DNA of 64,000 nt, taken from Micropruina sp. GTDB lineage: Bacteria > Actinomycetota > Actinomycetes > Propionibacteriales > Propionibacteriaceae. Location: the NCBI GenBank assembly GCA_044225075.1, contig JBGAJF010000020.1:951-64950 (forward strand). Reading direction: 5' to 3'. The notes under the pieces are model-generated. The model had not been told where the DNA came from and searched no databases. It saw only the letters and a list, made by a program, of their open reading frames with translations. Below, piece by piece: positions 39,060-48,167 of the stretch; position 1 is the first letter of the stretch, and each line of letters starts with the position of its first letter. Position numbers and translations under genes: made by a program.

Positions 39060-40207
39060 GCCGGCTCCGCCGCGAGCGGGAGTTCAGCAACGACGTCTAG
39101 CCCGCCGAGCCGTCCGGGATGACGCAGCAGCAGGGTGCCGCCCAGTTCCCGAGCCCGCTCGGTGAGCCCGCGCAGCCCGAAGCCGAGCTCCGGCTGCCGG
39201 AGGACGGTGCCGTTGTCGCTGACCACCAGGCGCAGCCGGTCGGCGTCACGGTCCAGGGCGCAGACCACCCGGTCGGCCGTAGTGTGCCGCAAGACGTTGG
39301 TCAGCCCCTCCTGGATCAGCCGGTAGGCGAACAGTGCCCGGGGCCGGTCCAGTCGACCGAGTTCCGGGGCGACGTCGACGCTGACCGCCAGACCGGTGCC
39401 GCGGAAGACGTCCGCGACCGCTTCGAACGCCTGTGGGTCGGTGAGTTCCTCGAGCCGGGCCGGGTGCAGAGCGCGCACCCACAGTCGCATGTCGGCGAGC
39501 GCCTGCCTCGTCATCGCCGAGGCGTTCACCACCTCTTTCCAGGCGGCGTCCGGGTCGCGGTCGCGGACCCGTGCGGCGAACTCCAGCGACATCGAGATCA
39601 GCGTCAGCTGGTGGCCGAGCCCGTCGTGCAGCTCGGCGGCCGCGCGAGCCCGCTCCTGCGCCAGCACCAGGTCGCGAGAGGCGTCCATCGCCTCGGTGAG
39701 CTGGGCATTGACGGCGACCAGTTCGCGATGCTGTTGGTCGAACGCCCGCAGCACACCGCCGAAGATCAGGATGATCGCGAACAGCGCCGCGTTCGCCAGT
39801 GACTGCAGCAGCACCGGCGCCCACTCGCCCCGGTAGCCGTCGTGCAACAGAGCGACCAGTACCGCGATCATCAACGCCGCCACGACGCCGCCCGTCCACA
39901 ACCCCCAGTCAACGACCAGCACGATGAGAGCAGCGAACAGCAGCGGCAGCCCCAGGTTGTCGCCGAAGGTGACCACGCCGATGCCGCACAGAGCCAGCAC
40001 CAGCGACGCGGCCTTGGCGAACCGGTCGGCCATCCGGAACCGCCAGGCCGCCGCGGCTGCGGCCACCAGCAGCAGGATCGCCACCGCGTTGCCGGGCTCA
40101 TCCGGCGCCCGCAGCACCACCGAGCCGAGGGCGGACAGCAGACTCGCGGCGAACATCAGGTTCAGCAGCCGGCGCACCCGGTCGACGACGGTGCGCGGAC
40201 GAGGCAT
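39056..40207 (-). CDS. Membrane sensor histidine kinase (HisKA_3, DesK-like)
   Basis: ERARAAAELHDGLGH H-box, QEGLTNVLRH N-box, DNG and GFGLRGL G-boxes; about 5 TM segments. Confidence 0.92.
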   Translation of the reverse strand: MPRPRTVVDRVRRLLNLMFAASLLSALGSVVLRAPDEPGNAVAILLLVAAAAAAWRFRMADRFAKAASLVLALCGIGVVTFGDNLGLPLLFAALIVLVVDWGLWTGGVVAALMIAVLVALLHDGYRGEWAPVLLQSLANAALFAIILIFGGVLRAFDQQHRELVAVNAQLTEAMDASRDLVLAQERARAAAELHDGLGHQLTLISMSLEFAARVRDRDPDAAWKEVVNASAMTRQALADMRLWVRALHPARLEELTDPQAFEAVADVFRGTGLAVSVDVAPELGRLDRPRALFAYRLIQEGLTNVLRHTTADRVVCALDRDADRLRLVVSDNGTVLRQPELGFGLRGLTERARELGGTLLLRHPGRLGGLDVVAELPLAAEPA

Positions 40208-40239
40208 GGCAGCACCCTAGAGTGCGGGACGCCGCCGCA

Positions 40240-40292
40240 CCCGTGACCGTGGTCATGGGTGCCCGTGACCGGACGCCGCCCAACCCGTGACC
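40240..40292. promoter_or_regulatory. Three direct repeats at 22-bp phase between the kinase and CPBP genes (probable response-regulator sites)
   Basis: CCCGTGACC at 40240, 40262 and 40284; GGACGCCGCC at 40227 and 40271 (44 bp apart). Confidence 0.7.
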
Positions 40293-40336
40293 CCGGCCGG
40301 TTCCGGGAGCCCCGGCCGGATCCATAGCGTCGGGGC

Positions 40337-41218
40337 ATGACCACCACCCCTGACACCGACACCACCGCCGTCTCCGCCGCCCCGACCGGTCGCGCACCGC
40401 TGCCCACGCCCGCCGTCGGCTGGCTGGGCGTGTTGCTGCGGGCACTGCTCGCCCTGGTCGCCACCCTGGCCAGCTACCTGCTGCTGCTGGTGTTGCCGTC
40501 CGTTCCGGGCCTTGACCCGGCACCGGACGCGATCGCCGGCAATTGGGGGCTGGCGGTGCTCAAGCAGAGCGTGCCGATCCTCACCGTTCCGCTGCTTTCC
40601 ATCGTCTTCGTCGTCTTGCTGACCCGGTTCGTCGACCGGCGTCCGCTGCGGGTGACCGGGCTGACTCTGGACGCCCGGACCGTCCCGGCGCTGCTGCTGG
40701 GCACCGCGATCAGCCTCGTGGTGGTGGTTCCGGCCAGTGTGCTGTTCACTCGGCTGCAGCTGACCGCGGCCCCTCCCGGCTACGGCAGCCAGCCGCTCTG
40801 GGTGGTGGTGGCCGGCAGCCTGCTGCTCGGCTACGCCATGCAGGGAGCCACCGAGGAGTTCATCTGGCGTGGCTGGCTGACCCAGTCGATCGGCGGCAGC
40901 CCATGGCGGCAGGCAACCATCGCCGCGGTGGCGTTCGGGCTGATCCACATCGTCTCCAACGGCGGGCACGCGGTGTGGTGGCAGGGTGCGATCTACATGA
41001 TCGCGGCCGGCAGCTTCGGGTTCGCCGCCGCCGCGCTCTACTTCGCCACCAGCTCGCTGTGGGCCGCCGTCGGCATCCACGGCGGTCTGCACCTGGGCAA
41101 CATGCTGGCCAGTCTGCTGGGCGGCGGCGAAGGCTGGCCGCTGGAGATCTTCCAGACCGCGGTCTACCTGCTGATCGGCGCGGCGATCCTGCGCCGGGTG
41201 CCGTCCGCATCCGCCTGA
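40337..41218 (+). CDS. CPBP (Abi/CAAX) family intramembrane glutamic endopeptidase
   Basis: EEFIWRGW, FGLIH and HGGLH motifs; multiple TM segments. Confidence 0.88.
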   Translation: MTTTPDTDTTAVSAAPTGRAPLPTPAVGWLGVLLRALLALVATLASYLLLLVLPSVPGLDPAPDAIAGNWGLAVLKQSVPILTVPLLSIVFVVLLTRFVDRRPLRVTGLTLDARTVPALLLGTAISLVVVVPASVLFTRLQLTAAPPGYGSQPLWVVVAGSLLLGYAMQGATEEFIWRGWLTQSIGGSPWRQATIAAVAFGLIHIVSNGGHAVWWQGAIYMIAAGSFGFAAAALYFATSSLWAAVGIHGGLHLGNMLASLLGGGEGWPLEIFQTAVYLLIGAAILRRVPSASA

Positions 41219-41226
41219 GATCGCCG

Positions 41227-42915
41227 TCAGCGGCAGATCGTTCTCCTGGCTTGGGCCGGGTCGACCGGAATGCGCAGCATTGTCAGCTTGGGCGCCAGCA
41301 TCACGTTGCCCAGGAAGCGTTGCACGGTGAGCGGTTCCGAGATGGCCTCGATCAGGGCCGGAATGTCACCGCAGGCCAGCGTCGCCCGGGCGTCATTGAG
41401 CGTCTTGTCATCGGGACGGACGTCAGCGGCCGTGTACCGCGCCATGGCCCACACCACCGGCTTATAGGCATGACCGACTCGGTACTCGGCGTCCGGGGGC
41501 AGCACCAGCCGCGAGCCGATCGGATCACCCAGCGACGGCGGGTCGATCATCGTCACATCGAGACCGGCACCGACGCCGGCGATGCCTAGCGAGTTGATCA
41601 CCACGTAGACGCCCTCGCCGTCATAGGTGGGCAGCTTGACGTCGGGCTTCATGATGTCGACGAAATAGGAGCGGCCGGCAGCCAGGTCCTTCGCGGCCCG
41701 CTGGGTGAGCTGGTAGCCGACGTCCGCCGACCAGTTCTCGGCGATGACCATCGCACCTGGCCGGTCCGGCACGAACTTCGCGTAGTAGCTGCGCTCGTCG
41801 ACGATCATCCCGTTCCACAACACCGGACGCAGGACGAGGCCGGCCACCAACGCCCAGACCATGGTCAGCACCGCCAGCACCCGAGTCCAGGCGGCTCCGC
41901 CGACGACGGCGACTGGGGCGAAGAGCAGGACGGTGGCGGGCAGCAAGAACCGGGCGTGCATGAAGTCGCCACCCACCGACACCACGAAACCCGTGTGGAT
42001 CACCGCGGCGGCCAGCGGCCCGAGCCAGAGGGCGGCGAGGCCGCCGTCTCTGTCCTGGGCAGCCTTGGCGACGCCCGCGACGAAGAACATCAGCGCGATT
42101 GCGACCGGAATGTAGAGGTAGTAGGTCGAGGCGTAGTCGAACAGGTACAGCAGGCCCTCCGCAACGGACGCGTTTGCCTTGGCCAGCGCCGTGTTGGGCA
42201 CCAGTGACGCGTAGTAGCCCATCCGGAAGATTTCGTAGCCGACCGGGATCGCCAGGGCCAAACCTGCGGCGCCGAACCAGCCGCCGGCCCGGCGTTCGGA
42301 CTGGCACAGCAGCATGATGCCGAAGACCAGGCTGACCAGCGCCAGGTCGGGCCGGATCAGCACCCCGAGGCCGATCAGGACCGCGACCGGCCAGGGCCGC
42401 CAGGCCGGCAGCGGGTTGCGTGGGCGGTTCGCCCAACGCCTGGACAGCGACCAGAAGCAGGCGGCGATCCAGCAGAAGGTGAGCGACGTCTCCAGCCCCG
42501 AGGTGCCGAAATCCCAGAATGGGGTCAGACCGGCCAACGCGGCGGCGCCGAGCGGCAGCACTACGTTGCTGCGCGCGGGCACAAGATGGAGTCCACCCAG
42601 CCCGAGCAGGATCATCGCCAGCGTGATGAATCCCGTGCCCAGCCAGACCATCACCTCGCCCACCTCGGCCCAGGGCGCGGCCAGCTTGCCGAGGGTGACG
42701 AACCCCAGCCACAGCGTCGAGGTGCCGACCTCGACGCGTTCGTTCAGGTTGTAGGTGGGGCCGTTGCCGGCGACCAGCTGCAGCACCACCCGGACGTTGA
42801 TGAATCCGTCGTCGGAAACCCACCGGCGCAGCCAAGTCTGCACACCGACCACGGCGGCGGGCAGCAGAATCGACAACACCACCCAGAGACGCCTGGATGA
42901 GGAGGCTGCGGCCAC
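41227..42915 (-). CDS. aftB: GT-C membrane glycosyltransferase, AftB-like arabinofuranosyltransferase
   Basis: RRWVSDDGFINVR...AGNGPTYNLNERVEVGTSTLW resembles the AftB N-terminal motif; TSGLETSL, IRPDLAL, RMGYYASLVPNTALAK, GGDFMHARFLLP and RVGH. Confidence 0.7.
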   Translation of the reverse strand: MAAASSSRRLWVVLSILLPAAVVGVQTWLRRWVSDDGFINVRVVLQLVAGNGPTYNLNERVEVGTSTLWLGFVTLGKLAAPWAEVGEVMVWLGTGFITLAMILLGLGGLHLVPARSNVVLPLGAAALAGLTPFWDFGTSGLETSLTFCWIAACFWSLSRRWANRPRNPLPAWRPWPVAVLIGLGVLIRPDLALVSLVFGIMLLCQSERRAGGWFGAAGLALAIPVGYEIFRMGYYASLVPNTALAKANASVAEGLLYLFDYASTYYLYIPVAIALMFFVAGVAKAAQDRDGGLAALWLGPLAAAVIHTGFVVSVGGDFMHARFLLPATVLLFAPVAVVGGAAWTRVLAVLTMVWALVAGLVLRPVLWNGMIVDERSYYAKFVPDRPGAMVIAENWSADVGYQLTQRAAKDLAAGRSYFVDIMKPDVKLPTYDGEGVYVVINSLGIAGVGAGLDVTMIDPPSLGDPIGSRLVLPPDAEYRVGHAYKPVVWAMARYTAADVRPDDKTLNDARATLACGDIPALIEAISEPLTVQRFLGNVMLAPKLTMLRIPVDPAQARRTICR

Positions 42916-43012
42916 GGGTTCCCCTTTCGATCGGCGTCCATCATGACAGCCGGGTCCGACACTGCCCGCGTCCCTCGCCGGTCGGCCCGGCGTCCGAGGC
43001 CTCCACTCGCCA

Positions 43013-43084
43013 CCCATCCGCTCCCCGAACTACTTGGGGCTCGCTGAGTTCAGCGAGCGCCAAGTAGTTCGGGGAGCGGATGGG
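43013..43084. repeat. 72-bp near-perfect palindrome between divergent genes
   Basis: CCCATCCGCTCCCCGAACTACTTGG-g-GCTCGCTGA-gt-TCAGCGAGC-g-CCAAGTAGTTCGGGGAGCGGATGGG. Confidence 0.9.
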
Positions 43085-43106
43085 TTGGCGGGACTACGGT
43101 GAACTC

Positions 43107-43898
43107 ATGGACGTCCTGCTGCTCGGTACCGGGGCTTCGGACGGCGTCCCGAACGCCTGGTGCACCTGCCCCACCTGCGCGGAGGCCCGGGCGTCCGGCG
43201 CGATTCGGACCAACGCGTCCGTGCTTGTCGACGACGTGTTGCTGCTCGACTCCGGACCGGAGGCGCCGCGGCAGGCGCAACGCGCCGGACGCGCCCTGGC
43301 CGGCGTCCGGACGGTGCTGCTCACCCATGCCCACGACGACCACCTCAACCCGTCGTTCCTGATGCACCGTGGCTGGGTCAGCGAACAGCCGCTCGAAGTG
43401 ATCGGTCCGGCACCCGCAATCGGCCGCTGCGTGGACTGGTTGACGCCCGATCAGCAGGCGATCACCCTGACCACCGTCACAGCCGGCGACGAGTTCACGG
43501 CGAACGGCTACCGGGTGCTGGTGCTGCCGGCCACCCACTATGCGCTGGGCGAGGCGGTGCTGTACGCCGTCGAGCACGACGGACGCCGCCTGCTCTATGC
43601 CACCGACACCGGTCCGTGGAGGTCGACCGCGCTCGACCTACTGGCCGGTTGGAGGTTCGACCTGGTGCTGCTGGAGGAGACGTTCGGCGACGCCGTCCCG
43701 CCCGGTGAGGGGCATCACACCTTCGCCAGTTTCGGCACCGCGCTGGAGGATCTGCGCGGCATCGGTGCGATCGACGACTCCACCCGGATGGTTGCGATAC
43801 ACCTCGGTCATGACAATCCGCCGCTGGCGGAACTGACCCGTCGGCTCGCCGAGGTGGGTGCGGAGGTGCATCCGGATCTGACGCTGCTGAAGATCTGA
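43107..43898 (+). CDS. MBL-fold metallohydrolase (PhnP-like)
   Basis: LLGTGASDGVPNAWCTCPTC, THAHDDH, YATDT and HLGH. Confidence 0.85.
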   Translation: MDVLLLGTGASDGVPNAWCTCPTCAEARASGAIRTNASVLVDDVLLLDSGPEAPRQAQRAGRALAGVRTVLLTHAHDDHLNPSFLMHRGWVSEQPLEVIGPAPAIGRCVDWLTPDQQAITLTTVTAGDEFTANGYRVLVLPATHYALGEAVLYAVEHDGRRLLYATDTGPWRSTALDLLAGWRFDLVLLEETFGDAVPPGEGHHTFASFGTALEDLRGIGAIDDSTRMVAIHLGHDNPPLAELTRRLAEVGAEVHPDLTLLKI

Positions 43899-43912
43899 CA
43901 CTGCTGAAGATC
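43875..43912. repeat. 17-bp tandem duplication spanning the MBL hydrolase stop codon
   Basis: GATCTGACGCTGCTGAA / GATCTGACACTGCTGAA / GATC. Confidence 0.8.
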
Positions 43913-43941
43913 GACTGGGCCGGGTGGTCGCCCGGGATCGT

Positions 43942-45104
43942 CCGATCTCATCATCGACGCCCACTTTCGCTTCGGGTGGCGGGTTTCGTGTTATTGCATG
44001 GCATCCACAACGGATGCGGCCAGCGGGCACCGATGGCGAGATCGACAAGTCCCCGAGCAAGGCCGGAGTTATCCACAGATTCCCTGCGGGGTAGTGCCTC
44101 GCGAACCCATGTGTCCGATAGTCGCAGGATGATCCCTCCGGAACTCGCCCAAGTCAACATCTTCACCACCAGCCAGCTGCGCGAGCGCGGCATTGGTCAG
44201 GACGAGGTTCGCCGTGCCGTCAACCAGGGCGAACTCATCCGGCTGAAACGAGGGTGGTACACCTGCCTCGCCCGTGACCAACCGAGCGAGAGGCATCGGC
44301 TTCGGGTACTGACCGAGCTGGCGGATCATCCCGGCACAGTGCCGAGCCACTACTCCGGGGCGGTCCACCTGGGCCTTCCGGTCCATCGGCCCGACTGGCG
44401 GCGCGTCCATCTGATGCGAACAACCTCAGGCCCTGCGCAGAACCGGGCCCACGTCGTGATTCACCGACGAGTGCCCGAAGCCACCCAGGCTGACCCTGCG
44501 CTGATCATCGCTCAGACCGCGTTGTTCTGCCCCATATCGGGGCTGATGTCATTCGACAAGGCACTTCGCGACGGAGCAGCTACCGTGGCGGACTTCGAGC
44601 GCTGGTCGAAGGAACTGGCCGGACGTCCCGGGCACCAGCACCTCCACGTCGTCCGCAGGCTGGCGGACGGGCGTCGCGAGTCTCCACTGGAGTCGCAGAC
44701 AGCGCTGGTGTTCGATCGCTGGGGCTGGTCTATCGAACCCCAGTTTCCGGTACCCGGGACGAGCTATCGTGCCGACGGCCGACTCAAGGGCACTCGCGTT
44801 CTGGTCGAATGCGACGGCTTGGGCAAGTACGACGAGCCTGGTGCCCAGGTTCGGGAGAAGCTGCGCGAAGACGACATCCGCGCACTCGACTGGGAGGTCG
44901 TGCGAGTCACCAGTGAGCTGTTGGACGAGCCGCTCACGCTGGCACGCCGCGTCAAGGCAGCGGTCGACCGAGCGTCTTCCTCCCGGGTCAACCGCGCCTC
45001 GTGATCTCAGCATCGGTGGTCGCTGGCCGGGTGCGTGGCGGCTTTCGTGCAATAACACGAAAGCCGTCCCCGAGCGGTGCAGTGGGCACGGATGGTGAGA
45101 TCGG
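43942..45104. mobile_element. Candidate transposase-free cassette with 57-bp imperfect terminal inverted repeats
   Basis: 43942-43998 and 45048-45104 are inverted copies sharing CCGATCTCA.CATC...GCCCACT...TTTCGTGTTATTGCA; they enclose one gene; mobility is inferred. Confidence 0.55.
44129..45004 (+). CDS. AbiEi-antitoxin-like wHTH plus DUF559/Vsr-like endonuclease domain protein
   Basis: FTTSQL...VRRAVNQGELIRLKRGWY N-terminus, SHYSGAVHLGLP, ESPLES, LVECDGLGKY and EKLREDDIRALDWEVVRVT. Confidence 0.8.
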   Translation: MIPPELAQVNIFTTSQLRERGIGQDEVRRAVNQGELIRLKRGWYTCLARDQPSERHRLRVLTELADHPGTVPSHYSGAVHLGLPVHRPDWRRVHLMRTTSGPAQNRAHVVIHRRVPEATQADPALIIAQTALFCPISGLMSFDKALRDGAATVADFERWSKELAGRPGHQHLHVVRRLADGRRESPLESQTALVFDRWGWSIEPQFPVPGTSYRADGRLKGTRVLVECDGLGKYDEPGAQVREKLREDDIRALDWEVVRVTSELLDEPLTLARRVKAAVDRASSSRVNRAS

Positions 45105-45206
45105 CAGGCCCGGACACGGCGCGGCGCCGAGGACGCACTCCGCGGATACGTGGCGTAAAGGGGACGCGCTCACTGGTGAGCCGCGCCCACGGAGACGCTT
45201 CCCCGG

Positions 45207-48167
45207 CTACTCCAAACCCCAGAAAACGTGGTCCATCACCAGCCGGGCCCGCCGAGTGCGGCGGCGGTACTCGTCCAGGAAGACACTGGATTCGCCCTTG
45301 TCGTAGCCCAATAGTTCGGCGACGGCGGACACCTCGCGCGGGTCGGTGGGGATGGTGTCGGAGGCCCGTCCGCGGAGCAGCATGATCGCGTTGCGGATGC
45401 CGCTGGCCATCGTCCAGGCGTCCCGCAGGGCGGTGGCCTCCTCGGCCGGAATCAGGTCCGCCTCCTCGGCGGCGGCCAGCGCCGCCAGCGTGGACGTCGT
45501 GCGCAACTGCGCCAGCCGGTCGCCGTGCTGCAGCTGCAACAGCTGGACGGCCCACTCCACGTCCGTGAGTCCGCCCGGGCCGAGCTTGGTGTTGCGCAGG
45601 GGATCGCTACCGCGCGGGATCCGCTCCACCTCCATCCGGGCCTTCAGCTTGCGAATCTCGTGCACCTGCTGGCGGGCCAGCCCGCCGGCCGGGTAACGCA
45701 CCTTGTCGATGGCCCGCAGCAGCGCCGTCGACAGCTCCGCATCGCCGGCGCCATGAGCCGCCCGCTGCAAAGCCTGCGCCTCCCAGGTGGACGACCAGCG
45801 CTCGTAGTAGGCCACACACGACGACAGCGACCGCACCATCGGGCCGCCCTTACCCTCCGGGCGCAGATCGACATCGATGTCCAGGGCCGGGTCGGGGCCC
45901 GCCTTGGACAGCACCGCCCGCAGTTCCGAAACCACCTGGGTAGCGATCTTCACCGCGTCCGAGCGGTCGGAGTCCTCGATCACGAAGATCGCGTCGGCGT
46001 CCGACGGGTAGGAAAGTTCGCAGCCACCCCAGCGACCCAAGGCGATCACGGCGATCCGCGGAGACCAGTCGAACCGGCGCCGGACCACCTCGAGCGCGGC
46101 ATCGATGGTCGCGCTGAACAGCTCCGACAAACCGGTCCCGACACTGCCCAGATCGATCAGGCCGAGCAGGTCGGCCATGGCGATCCGGAGCAACTCGCGG
46201 CGCCGGACTGCCCGGACGTGCTGCACGGCGACATTCAGTTCGGAGTGCCTTTTCACCGACGCTCGCATCTCGGCCAGGATCTCGGCCCGCCCGCGAGGGC
46301 GCAGGGATTCAGCGTCGGCCAGCATGCCGACCGATTGCGGGGCCCGCATCATCAGATCGACGGTGTAGCGGCTGGACGACAGGATCTTGGCCAGCCGCTC
46401 GGCCATCACGTCGCCGTCCCGCAGCGCGCGCAGGTACCAATGGGTGCGTCCCATCGCCTCCGACACCTGCCGGAAGGCCAGCAGCGCATGGTCGGGGTTG
46501 GGTCCGGCGGTGAACCAGCCGAGCATCGCCGGCAGCAGTTGGCGTTGGATCTCCGCCTGCCGGCTGAGCCCCTGCGACAGCGCGGCGATGTGCCGCAACG
46601 CCGCCTTCGGGTCGGCGTAGCCGAGCGCCCGCAGCCGCACCTCGGCGCCGTGACTGGTCAGCCGGACGGCTTCGGACGGGATCCGCGCCACCGCCTCGAG
46701 CAGCGGAGAGTAGAACATCCGCTGCTGCAGGCCGAGCACCCGCCGGGTGGCGTCGCGCCAGCGGCTGCGCAGTTCGTCGGCGTCCACCATGCCGACAGCT
46801 CTGGCCAGGCGGCGCACGCTCAGCTCGTCGGTCGGCATCAGGTGGGTGCGGCGCATCTTCTCCAGCTGGATCCGGTGCTCCAGCAGGCGCATCAGCCGGT
46901 AGGCGGCGTCCAGGTCCTTGCCGTCCGAGCGTCCGACGTAGCCGAACTCGATCAGCTTCGCCAGCGCCGGCAGGGTCCCCCGCTGCCGGACGCGGTCGTC
47001 GGCGCGTCCGTGCACCAGCTGGATGAGCTGGACGCTGAACTCGACGTCGCGCAGGCCGCCCGCGCCGAGCTTGATCTCCCGGTCGGCTTCGCGCGCGGGC
47101 AGCAGCGACACCACCCGGCGGCGCATCGCCTGGGTCTCGGAAACGAACTGGTCGTTCTCGGCGACGTGCCAGACCAGTGGCGCGACTATCGCGACGAAGT
47201 CGCTAGCCAGCTCCAGGTCACCGGCCATCGGCCGGGCCTTCAGCATCGCCTGGAACTCCCAGTTCTTGGCCCACTTCTGGTAGTAGGTCGCGTGCGACGA
47301 GAGGGTGCGCACCAGCGGTCCGGCCTTGCCTTCAGGACGCAGGGCGGCGTCGATCTGCCAGATCGTGCCGGCGGCGGTGTGCGCCGAACAGACCCGAGTC
47401 AGCGCACCCACCAGTTTGGTCGCGACGTTCACCGCCTGACCGGTGTTACACACCGGTTCCCCGGATTCGTCCAGCGCGGCTTCGGCGATGTAGAGCACGT
47501 CGACGTCGCTGACGTAGTTGAGTTCCTGTCCGCCGGTCTTGCCCAGCGCGACGATGCCCAGCCGGGTGCATTCCCAACCCGGCACCTCGCCGCGGGCCAG
47601 CGCGAGCGCCGTCTCGACCGTGGCATCGGCCAGGTCGGCGAGTTCTCCGGCGACCTCCGGCAGCATCTCGAGCGCATCGTCGGCGGTCAGATCCGCAGCG
47701 GCGATCCGCAGGATCTCGCGGCGGTAGGCGCGTCGCAGCTCGTCGGAACGAGCCGGGTCGGCGACCGGTGCGGCGGCGTCCGGGTCGGCGCCGACCGCGC
47801 TCAGCAGCGTGCGGCGCAGGGTGGTGGCGTCGCGGCGTCCGGGCGGTTCGGCGAGCACGTCGACATCGGCGGGGTGCGCACCGAGATGCTGGTTGAGCGC
47901 GACGCTGGCGCCGAGCACGCTGATCAACCGCCGCGCCCAATCGCCGTCGGCGCACAATGTGGTGAGCAGGTCGGGGCGCTCGCCGGTCACCCGTTGCAGG
48001 CCGTTGATGGCGAGGTCGGGGTCGGCGCTGGCCAGGATGTCGGCGACCAGGTGATCACAGGTGTCGCCGAGGTCGTCGTACCAACCGTTCAGGATCGCCG
48101 CGGCCCGGTGCGGATCCCCGAAACCGAGGCGCGCCAGGTTGCCCTCGGCGGTCGAGATGCGGCTCAT
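45207..48167 (-). CDS. glnE: Bifunctional glutamine synthetase adenylyltransferase/adenylyl-removing enzyme
   Basis: Two nucleotidyltransferase repeats (ALGKTGGQELNYVSDVD and ALGRWGGCELSYPSDAD), DAALRPEG/DVDLRPEG, IKLGAGGLRDVEF. Confidence 0.95.
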   Translation of the reverse strand: MSRISTAEGNLARLGFGDPHRAAAILNGWYDDLGDTCDHLVADILASADPDLAINGLQRVTGERPDLLTTLCADGDWARRLISVLGASVALNQHLGAHPADVDVLAEPPGRRDATTLRRTLLSAVGADPDAAAPVADPARSDELRRAYRREILRIAAADLTADDALEMLPEVAGELADLADATVETALALARGEVPGWECTRLGIVALGKTGGQELNYVSDVDVLYIAEAALDESGEPVCNTGQAVNVATKLVGALTRVCSAHTAAGTIWQIDAALRPEGKAGPLVRTLSSHATYYQKWAKNWEFQAMLKARPMAGDLELASDFVAIVAPLVWHVAENDQFVSETQAMRRRVVSLLPAREADREIKLGAGGLRDVEFSVQLIQLVHGRADDRVRQRGTLPALAKLIEFGYVGRSDGKDLDAAYRLMRLLEHRIQLEKMRRTHLMPTDELSVRRLARAVGMVDADELRSRWRDATRRVLGLQQRMFYSPLLEAVARIPSEAVRLTSHGAEVRLRALGYADPKAALRHIAALSQGLSRQAEIQRQLLPAMLGWFTAGPNPDHALLAFRQVSEAMGRTHWYLRALRDGDVMAERLAKILSSSRYTVDLMMRAPQSVGMLADAESLRPRGRAEILAEMRASVKRHSELNVAVQHVRAVRRRELLRIAMADLLGLIDLGSVGTGLSELFSATIDAALEVVRRRFDWSPRIAVIALGRWGGCELSYPSDADAIFVIEDSDRSDAVKIATQVVSELRAVLSKAGPDPALDIDVDLRPEGKGGPMVRSLSSCVAYYERWSSTWEAQALQRAAHGAGDAELSTALLRAIDKVRYPAGGLARQQVHEIRKLKARMEVERIPRGSDPLRNTKLGPGGLTDVEWAVQLLQLQHGDRLAQLRTTSTLAALAAAEEADLIPAEEATALRDAWTMASGIRNAIMLLRGRASDTIPTDPREVSAVAELLGYDKGESSVFLDEYRRRTRRARLVMDHVFWGLE

